Part shown: positions 56,001 to 64,000 of the stretch, piece by piece
Position numbering within the stretch: the first letter of the stretch is position 1
Layout: every line of letters starts with the position of its first letter
Source of the DNA: Tubiluchus corallicola
Lineage: Eukaryota; Animalia; Priapulida
Length of the DNA stretch: 64,000 bases
Assembly (NCBI GenBank): GCA_030141605.1
Contig: JAQGDQ010000087.1
Coordinates: forward strand, 310,001-374,000
Direction of reading: 5' to 3'
Made by a program: the position numbers and the translations under genes
The notes under the pieces: generated by a model
Seen by the model: the letters and a program-made list of their open reading frames with translations, nothing else
What the model was told of the DNA's origin: nothing
The model's database searches: none

Positions 56001-59000
56001 GTTAACGAGTAAAACGAAACAAAACATTGAACCTTAGAGTGTTAGTCATTGAAGACTATTTAAAGTAAAGCCTGCTGAAATAAAAAGCTCACGTAAAAAG
56101 AAGACCAGATGGTATAATGTAATGGCATCCATTTTCTGTCTGAGAGAGGTCGTGAGTTCGACACTGCGGAATATGAAAGATCTTAAAAAAGGCATCCGCT
56201 GTTGCCCTCCCTGACACATGGTATTTAGGGTACAAACAGGGTAATAACAGTCTCTGTTATGTAACTGTAAAATTGTTATTTACAGTCGGCTAAAAGCTGT
56301 TTGAGCTTATCATAATCTAAAAAGTCATCTTTAAATAAAAATTAGCACTATTATTATTAAATATATTCTGAAAGGCATAATCAAAGACAAACAGAAGTCA
56401 AACTGCAACTTTTATTGTAACAATTCAAAATAGTAAAAATAATACAAATATCGCAATTGATGAAATGCTATCAATACAACTAAATTAGTGCCTTAACTGA
56501 ATGGGTTTGCTAACTGAACAGCTTATGAATGTGCTAAAATGCACTGATATAAGCAATTATCGAACCTTATTTGTGTACCTCCCAAGCAAACAAACTGACT
56601 GGCCCTCACCAACCTCCAGCAGTTCATTCTCGGCTGACAGGACCACTTTGATCATATCTATGGCACCACTAGGCCACTGTTCCTATTAAAAGTAATATTA
56701 TACAAAAAACATCAACAAACATAAACTATACGAGAAAATAAACACATATGAACAGCTTGTAAATGAAAAACCCATGACCTACTTCAAATCTTCAAATTAG
56801 TTTTATTTTTTATCATTTTGTTTGTTCTGCCACTGACGAAACTTCATTCTTTACTCTAAAAGTTTTAATTTTTTTACTCTGAAGATCCAATGCCAATAGA
56901 AGAACAACAGAAGCATTAGATCAAAAACACAATAAGAAAAATAAACCATTAGGATCAAAAATAATTTTAATACTCTTTAAAGCCAAGTTACTACCTAAGT
57001 ACTGAAAGAGCTACCGTAGTTGCCGCTTAATAGACTGACAGTTAATAAACTCACGGTTAATAAAATCAATCACTTAATTGACTCAAAAATGTCTGGAACG
57101 GGCCGCTTCTATTCAAATATACATAAAAACTATCGGTAATTGACTCAAATAACTTCGCTTAACTGACTCAATATTTTGCCTTCACGTACTTAAAATAAAA
57201 CATTTGTATGTGCCCAAAAAGCCTTTCCTACTTTTATGTCATCTTTACTTCTCTTTTGTGCATTATATATGTAGAAAAAATCATGTTAAGTACCGTTTTG
57301 TTTGCAAACAGGTACATTTATCATGCACTAATATGCTAGAGTAGCAGTTTTGCTTTGAATCTGTTACCCGCTTGCCCAAAGAATTTCATTACCCAAAGAA
57401 TTTCGGGAAGATAAACATTTAATCACTTGCCTAGCGGTTTCCTTTTAATGTTCTAGTTGCAAATCATGCATTCAGGCTTAATGAGTTAATAATCAAAGAT
57501 GCAGGTCAAATTTTTGCAAATAAACAGACTTAGAAAAGTCTATGATTTAGAAAAGTATGCTTTTTAATTTTTTGCTAATTCATCTATATAAATTAACATT
57601 TTAAAATGTTTTTTCTAATTTTTAACTACACAGAATTTAGGCATTACTTCGTTAGCCGTTCATAGTGCAGCTGATACTCCTATAGTAGTAATACTACACC
57701 CATCGGTTAATAGGTTCAGTCGGTTAATTGGGTCAAAACACGTCGGTGCCAAATTGAGGTTATTAAGCGTCTACTACTGTATTTTGCCTTTTACATATAT
57801 ATTTGCTATTCATAGACAAACCTTTGCTGAAAATTCCATGTCTCGAATTCGTGGTTCTAACCACGCTGCAACCGTTTCCTAGTAACAAGGAAAAAGCTTT
57901 GAATGTAAACTACTACTCTAAGTGAGCTAACAACTAACTGTGTACAAAAACATGCTTAAAGGACAAGGAAAGGTGTACCTGAAGTAGGTTTAGAAAAATC
58001 GCCTTAAAAAAATGTTATTACTTTATAGCAATTTTATGCGTATATCATCTTGGCGTTGAAAGGAATTTTAGTTTGTTTTCATTTTAAATCTCCCGCAATA
58101 CTGTTCCGAAGTCGCCATTACATAACGTCATGTACCAAACATAAATCAAGGGAAGAAAAGGCAACGCTAAATTATATCTCAAAAGACTTTCCGTGCAAAT
58201 CTATATTACTTAGATTTTCGCTTACCTGCTAGAAAGACTTATGTAACTAGAAAAGAAAACTATTAATTATTTAAAATGTTTTCACCAATTGGTAAAATGT
58301 CGCTGACTCACCCTCCAGTGTGCACCACTCACTAACCAAAAAACGTATTTTTAATCTTATTGACAAGATACAGTAATTTTAAATTTTATTCAGTTAGTGA
58401 CTTGTGCGCTACGAATGTTCTGATTATTTTTTCAAACTTTACAAAATGTTATCTAAACTTGTTTCAAATGACTTGTCGTGAAAATGGCTGTGTCTAACGG
58501 TCATCGCGGGAGTTTAAATTTACATGTTTTATACAGAGTTACTGCAGATTGAAGTCCTGCATGCAAAAAGGCAGTATGTAAGTGATATAAAATTTCAAGA
58601 CGAATTTTTCAAGCTGCATGTTTATGAAGGGTTTTATTGTGCTTTAATGCAATGACAAAGCAATTATATGGCTATGATAAGTGCTAAACAAACTGTCTGA
58701 CATACTGATGAATAAATCCACAGAAGTCTGCAAAAAATTGGTACCTACCAATCCTGTGGGTGCATGATGTATGATATACGGTATGAATTCATCCTTCAGC
58801 CAATCACGTAAAGACATAATTGAAAAATTCTCGGGTATCACAGCCAGTAGTTGTTCCACTGTACCATTTGTGAAAACTTTCTCAAACAAGTTCTACAAAA
58901 CATTTAAGACAATAAACAAAAAGGCTGCCCGGTAATGAGCTATAAAAGCAAAGCAAAAGAAATCAGAGGTAAAAACAGCAAAAACTAAAAAAGTGAATCT

Positions 59001-62000
59001 TCAAAATTAAATGAAATATTCAGAAAAAATACGAAAATGATACTAAGTTGGTAATACCCCGTGCACTAAGTAAAATCGATTACCAGTAAAAAAATATCCT
59101 CCATGATTGCGTTTAAGCTAAATATTTGCCAAGCTCGGAAATAAATTGTCCCTGCTAATGTATTTGTCAAGAATTTTTATTTTCAGAATTGTCGCAAAAG
59201 ACTTACATATCTTGTGATAAGTCTATAACAACAGACTTGAGCAGTGCGGCACACTAGTAATAATAATTCGAGCATTTGCCACGCTTTTTTGATATCATTT
59301 CCCAACTTTCCGCAAACAACTATTTAGAAAAGTTCTAGTTGGTACACATCTTAAGTACAAAGACAGAAGTCCTTAGCAAGAAATAAAAGCCCGTACAAAT
59401 AAAAAAATGACTATATCTGCATAACTCACACAAAAAATTTGGCAAATGCCTATTGGTTTGCAATTGCAGGAATAGTTATATTACCTTGTGACGTGCCCAT
59501 ATAGAAAACGCAGCACCAATTTCACCAGTTTTCAACAATTCCTTGATTTCCTCGACCAAGTCTGCATGCATGAAATGCTCCCACTTAGCTGCACTGTTGA
59601 AATGCAAATAACAAAACACAGTAAACAAGCTAATGTGATTCAACAGCAAATAAACAACAACAAACAAATAACAACAACAAATTTGCAATAGCATGTTTCT
59701 CCACTCATATTACTGCAATGCAAACTGGTTCCAAATTAAATGTCCTTCTGACTTAACTCTAAATAATAAAAACTCTTGGAAGAAAGCTGTGAATAAAACA
59801 TTATTCAAAAAACAAAAAGTGCATAACTACAAGCCAGGTTCTACAATGGCAAAGTTGTTACATAATAGATTTCTCAAAAACATTTTAAGCAACTACAATG
59901 GATATTAAGAACAACCTGAAAGCAGATATGCCAAAAGCGTCTGCGAATGTGCCAAGCCTGTGTAAAGCTGACAGTACTTCTAGTAAAGACTGCGAAACAA
60001 CTGGTACAGCATCCCCTTGTGCTCTATCATCACATAAACGACTTCTAGCATAGTTAAGCAGCCGAAGGCAGGTGCCAAAATTAGGTTGACCAGCATGAAT
60101 ACAGAAATTTTTCACAAGCTCGTCATTCTGAAAGGTAAAACCAAAAAGATACAATACCATTAGTGGGGAACACTCATTAAACATTGTCATACTGTTTCCC
60201 AACTTTACGCATACCATTCCTCTATTGACTTACACTTACATAGGCATGTTCAACAAAAAACTAGACCTAAAAAAATCTGGTATTCATCCAAAGTCACCAC
60301 TAAAGCTATATTCGAAATTTTGGTGAAATTCTGATGAACATCTTAACATATATATATATATATCCTGATTTAATAACACTTGCCATTAAGGGCAATACTG
60401 CAAGTTGTGAAACCATAACTTGTCTTGAACTTTGCTGGTTTATTACTAAATGGAAAATCTGATGTAAGAACACAATACACAGAGTAAACTAAGCAAGTAG
60501 CCAGGTACTTTAAAAAAATGCACATAAAGATAACACATATAGTTTTTGAAAAACATCAATTATATAAGCTTCAGAGTAAACATCTGTCATTTTTTTATCA
60601 GATTCCTATTGCATAAATTTTGCTGTAATGATTATGCAGATGGCATTGTTGTTACTGCTTATCATTTTAAATGGTTTTTAAGATCAGTAGTTACATTTTT
60701 TTACAGTACATAAGTGAGACATCAGTATAGCAGTCTAAAATTTAGTACCTTTATCTGACTCAAGCAAGCTATCATGTCAGAATAGTCCCCAATTTCTGCT
60801 AAATAAATGGCTTTTTCATGGTACACGATCTGGTCATCCAGCTCTGGAAAAAGCTTGCAGAATCGCAGGGCTTCATCAAACTGACGCTTCTGCAGCAGGC
60901 GAGAAAGACGTGACTCGGGCAAAGCTTCTGACAACACTCGTATCCGAAGACAACTCAAGACGTCTGTTGTGTCATCGATAACACCTTCCAAAAGTAATAT
61001 CTCCTCCTAGAAACATGCAGGGCCGTTACAGACAGCACGTCATACTTCAGGTGAAATCTATACTGTGGCTTTTCAAACAATGTTATAAATGCACTAAGCA
61101 TGTAAATGCCATAGCAACAAACAAACTGTTCATTCAGTAAGTTTTTTTTTGGACAAACAATGCATTAGATCTGGCAACAATTTCGCAATATTTATTTTAG
61201 TTAGCTCAAGGTATAGGATTAATTTATTTGGTACAGCACCACAGTTTACTGTGTGTGATAACCAAGTGTAGCTCTTTTACTAAACTGAAAAATATGTTTC
61301 ATAACAGATGAAAGTGAATTCAGATGAAACGAGACATTATCTGTTATTAGAAAAATCAAATCTTACAGACAATTAATTAAAATTATCAACTAAATATTAA
61401 TTTTATAAAAGCAGATACCTAAAATTTGGTGACTTTAAATAATTGGCTATTTGCAAAAAAACAGTTTCATACATTCAATGCAATGCAGTTAAACAAAATA
61501 ATTGCCTGCCCATGTCTTTGCCCATTTGAATTATCCAAAATTATACCTTCTATCATTTCCAAATGTATTTAATTTGCATGGTTCAATTTTCAAAAGAAAT
61601 GAAGTAACACAAGTGGACCAATTAACTTACCTGGTCAAGCAAGGGATGAACAAGTGTAGTTAGAGTATTAACTTGCAAAGTGTATACTAGCTTCAACTCA
61701 GGAAAAGTAAAAACTTTAACAAATGCTTTTTCATTGTTCTCCTCACTACGGGTTAATGCTGCCAGCTTAACCAAAACCCTGTAGAGATAATAAACATTAT
61801 AATGATTCAATAAGCCACATATTAAACTCGGGTTGACTACTTTCTAAACTCTGATTTCCATATATCATTAGGGTCGGCTCTACCTCTAGGCAAACTAGGC
61901 AGTTGCCAAGGGGCCCAAATTATGGGAGACGTCAAACTCTGGAAATAGTTAATTAATTTTTAATGTTAACATAAGTAATAACATAGTGTAAGTGTAAGTA

Positions 62001-64000
62001 GCTAAGTGTCCAACACTTAAATTAATTGAAACGAACTACCTGCATTATTTTTTGTAAATATGCTCAATTCATCGGTGCTAGCAAATGCCTTCTCACAGCA
62101 AAACACTTTCTACTTTTGTGTTATCTGGTTTCCTAAGATTACGTCATTTCACTCAAAAACCAGTGACACGTGCTCATGCCCAAATTTTCTATTGCAAGCA
62201 GAGAGCAGCAGAGCTACGTAAATGGTCACAGTAATGACCTTTTCTTTAATGAAAAAGAACAGCAAAAAGAACGGCTGATGAATTTATGTAACCAGACCAA
62301 AGTTTTGGTTATGAAGATGATGAAGTTAGTGAAATGGATGCAAACGTGAAAAGGGGGAGTTAGAGTTTCCAAAATTTTCGAATAAAACGGCTCAGGGAAA
62401 ATCTTGATAAGGGTAACAGAAACTGCAAAAGTTTGACTGTTTCTGAACACTATGAACATACAATAGAGTCACAAATTAAATTTCAGTTTCAATCAACAGA
62501 GGCTGTAGATAGGTAGTAAACTACACTTAATTACTGCACTATAACACATGTATAAGCCTAACACATAGATACCATTGTACTTTTTTATAATATCATACAA
62601 GAAAAATTTAATTTTGCGACTAAGGTGGGAACCGTTGACCGGCGAAGGGGCAGACCGTTAAGAAGGGACTGCTAAAAATACTTCTGTCTAGGACATCAAA
62701 CTACCTATAGCCGGCCCTGCTTGTCTCTGAAAAGGATAAAAAAAACGCTCTGCTACAATGTATAAACACGTATGATATATAAGCAAAAAATGCTTACGGT
62801 GATTGAGTACTAGAACTTTCTTGTAGTAAGATAAAGTCCGCAACTAGTGCTACATCCAGCATTGACACCAGTACCAGGGAATGGGCATCCCAAAGGGTCA
62901 GAAAACCCTGAAAAGAAAACACATTGCAACAACAACAACAATTTGTCAAAAACACTAAAATTGGTAGATATAAGTTTGGAATAGAAATTAATTTAGAGCA
63001 TCCAAGACAGTTTTTATTACAACATAGAAACCATTACCTTGCTGTCTAAAAGGAACAGGTGTTTTCCATCGAATGTTAATACACACTTTAAAATATCTGA
63101 AAAAAGTATTCAATTAACAAAGATCACAAAGCATTAATAAGTGGCGACTTTTGTCAGCAAAAATGATCACGAGGAAAAGCTTTTTTATTTAGAAAAAAGT
63201 GAGGCAAGAATATTTTACAGACTTTAACTTTCATTTTTTCAACAAGAATATTTACATATTTACAGAGATAAGGTGGGACTACCAAATTCCTTTCCACTGT
63301 AATAAATTTATCAGTAATCATACTTTGATTGATCAAGCCAGCAAGAGACGATTTACAAAAGTTGTAATTCCTCTGTGGATCCCACTTTGCGAAAGAGACG
63401 CCATAATTGTCCTGAAAAAGCAGTAACAAGTTTAAAAACAACAGTGTCAAATAAAAACACATCTAGATGCGTTGGGCTTAAGATAAGAGGCTAATTTATC
63501 TTCCAATTATTAATTCCTTTTTTAAGACTGGATAATAGTTCCTTCAGTGGCACTTAATAAGCAAATCGGCATTATTATTATTATTCCTATTCATTCAAAC
63601 ACATAATTATGTACATGTACAAGGATTAGTAAAAAAATTACAATATAAATCAAATAAGGTTAGCTAAAAATATAAATATAATACCAAAATGTGTGTACAA
63701 CACGATATTACTATAAAAATTAAGAGTCATAATAGTATAGGCCTATAATACACAAACTTGTTGATCAGCTGTATGTATTACATATAACGTTTTATATCAA
63801 CCAAGTAATATACTACTAGTTACGACAAATGTAAGTCACGATAGAAACTAGTTCTTGTTTTTCAAGAAAACTGTTATTTGTTTCAATAGCTTGACAAGTG
63901 AACCTATTACAATTTCGGCTTCATCTAGGTTGCATGACTTTACACCAACTATGGTATGACGTGAGCATCTCCTGTAACTCAGATGCAGCCCATTAAAACC
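35086..64000 (-). CDS. KNTC1: Kinetochore-associated protein 1 (Rod, RZZ complex), partial; 5' end outside the window, 3' end not found
   Basis: About 33 phase-compatible exons, e.g. 63324-63411, 62798-62907, 61631-61778, 60749-61006 (SEALPESRLSRLLQKRQFDEA), 55001-55144 (ESAESLAYRMLDRVKAIELLP), 47332-47521, 45784-45974, 39166-39345 (CPYSYELL), 38375-38462 (LAESRLPFH), 37217-37275, 35998-36123, 35514-35678, 35086-35296 (PAKLIFLLYEHP...TYP|gtaag). Order is collinear with human KNTC1 as recalled. Confidence 0.92.
36278..36918. mobile_element. Tigger-like MITE interrupted by a nested element
   Basis: TIRs cagacagtcgtcaacttacgacc / ggtcgtaaatcaacgactacctg, TA TSD. Confidence 0.8.
36306..36711. 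mobile_element. hAT-type MITE nested in the Tigger-like MITE
   Basis: taggggtgagcat...atgctcacta ends, (ttcga/gaattc)n subterminal arrays, near-TSD accacaat/ataacaat. Confidence 0.7.
37386..38051. mobile_element. hAT-type MITE
   Basis: Ends taaggatgttaa / ttaacgtccta; perfect 8-bp TSD gttacaaa; tatcg subterminal repeats. Confidence 0.85.
38690..39111 (+). mobile_element. Partial copy of the hAT-like element at 61869-62719
   Basis: 38940-39111 aligns by eye with 62530-62719 (cactataa.acatgtataagcc...caaactaccta.agc..ccctg). Confidence 0.6.
40960..41350 (-). mobile_element. Tc1/mariner transposase C-terminal remnant
   Basis: Frameshifted translation LDRLDY/WNFLKEKVYNG...CSENGGHI, resembling the SPDLNPLDY..W..LK..VY and GGH motifs. 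Confidence 0.55.
42110..42295. repeat. Compound (TA)n/(CA)n/(TG)n microsatellite, partly self-complementary
   Basis: tatatacacgcacgcacacacac...gtgtgcgtgcgtgtgtgtgtatata followed by (ta)n. Confidence 0.9.
42888..43720. repeat. 50-bp minisatellite, about 16 copies, in a KNTC1 intron
   Basis: Unit acaaacaatgggtgtcatgttgtaatgcaaattctatggtctgttgtatg. Confidence 0.96.
46966..47146 (+). repeat. Inverted duplicate of 45602-45784 (KNTC1 donor site and downstream intron)
   Basis: ggtatttttctttttgttcttttccgcttgaaataaacttagtgttaaagaag...cagatatttttgtaaat is the diverged reverse complement of 45602-45784. Confidence 0.9.
47693..47812 (+). pseudogene. 5S rRNA-derived sequence (head of a SINE3), not a canonical 5S gene
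   Basis: 120 nt ...ttgaaaacactggttctcgtctgatcacttaagttaagc...ggttagtacttggatgggtgaccgcctaggaataccaggtgctgtaggctt; substitutions relative to typical 5S; no oligo-T terminator. Confidence 0.9.
47693..48217 (+). mobile_element. 5S rRNA-derived SINE (SINE3) with GC-rich body and RTE-like tail
   Basis: 5S head, about 400-nt body, terminal hairpin tgtct-tcag-agaca and ggatgccaacaac tail; 14-bp TSD aaaatgtagaatta (47679-47692) / aaaatctagaatta (48218-48231). Confidence 0.88.
50850..51383. repeat. 21-bp minisatellite, about 25 copies, in a KNTC1 intron
   Basis: Unit ccagacattccactacaatca, variants alternating as 42-bp dimers. Confidence 0.96.
52690..53220 (-). mobile_element. Decayed L2-clade LINE ORF2 C-terminal fragment
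   Basis: Translates ALVLFHFD*TNSLFTGLP...QRLQNLAAK...LHWLPIR...LVLTYKAL...FSSVAPKYWNSLP, typical L2 motifs with stops. Confidence 0.85.
54004..54497. mobile_element. Tc1/mariner-type MITE
   Basis: Imperfect TIRs taaactcatatctggtttgccggac / gtccgccgaaccgagatatcagtgta. Confidence 0.65.
56103..56360 (+). mobile_element. tRNA-derived SINE
   Basis: A-box-like tggtataatg, B-box gagttcgac, body aaagatcttaaaaaaggcatccgctgttgccctccctgacac, aataaa and (tta)n tail. Confidence 0.65.
57014..57779. mobile_element. pogo/Tigger-like MITE, copy 2
   Basis: Same termini and internal blocks as 29073-29954 (cttaattgactcaaaaa...ggtaattgactcaaataac...ttaattgggtcaaaacac). Confidence 0.85.
61869..62719. mobile_element. 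hAT-like non-autonomous element
   Basis: TIRs tagggtcggctcta / tatagccggccctg; TSD not preserved. Confidence 0.65.

Overview
Eukaryotic (metazoan, invertebrate-like), AT-rich, intron-rich genomic window. It carries the last three coding exons of a STAT5-like transcription factor (+, 550-3388), a complete 15-exon PRPF19 (-, 506 aa), a complete 7-exon UBE2Z (-, 296 aa) and most of a many-exon KNTC1/Rod gene (-, from beyond 64000 down to 35086). Introns and intergenic DNA hold many MITEs (hAT, pogo/Tigger, Harbinger-like), decayed LINEs (L2/CR1, RTE), three minisatellites and two SINEs. Main points of interest: (1) an intact, TSD-flanked 5S-rRNA-headed composite SINE (SINE3); (2) two independent local inverted duplications that each copy a 5' splice site, giving antisense copies of PRPF19 exon3/intron3 and of a KNTC1 donor plus intron; (3) KNTC1 ends at an open splice donor with roughly 350 aa of its C-terminus not found before UBE2Z begins. 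All family assignments come from manual reading and recalled sequences; no database search was run.
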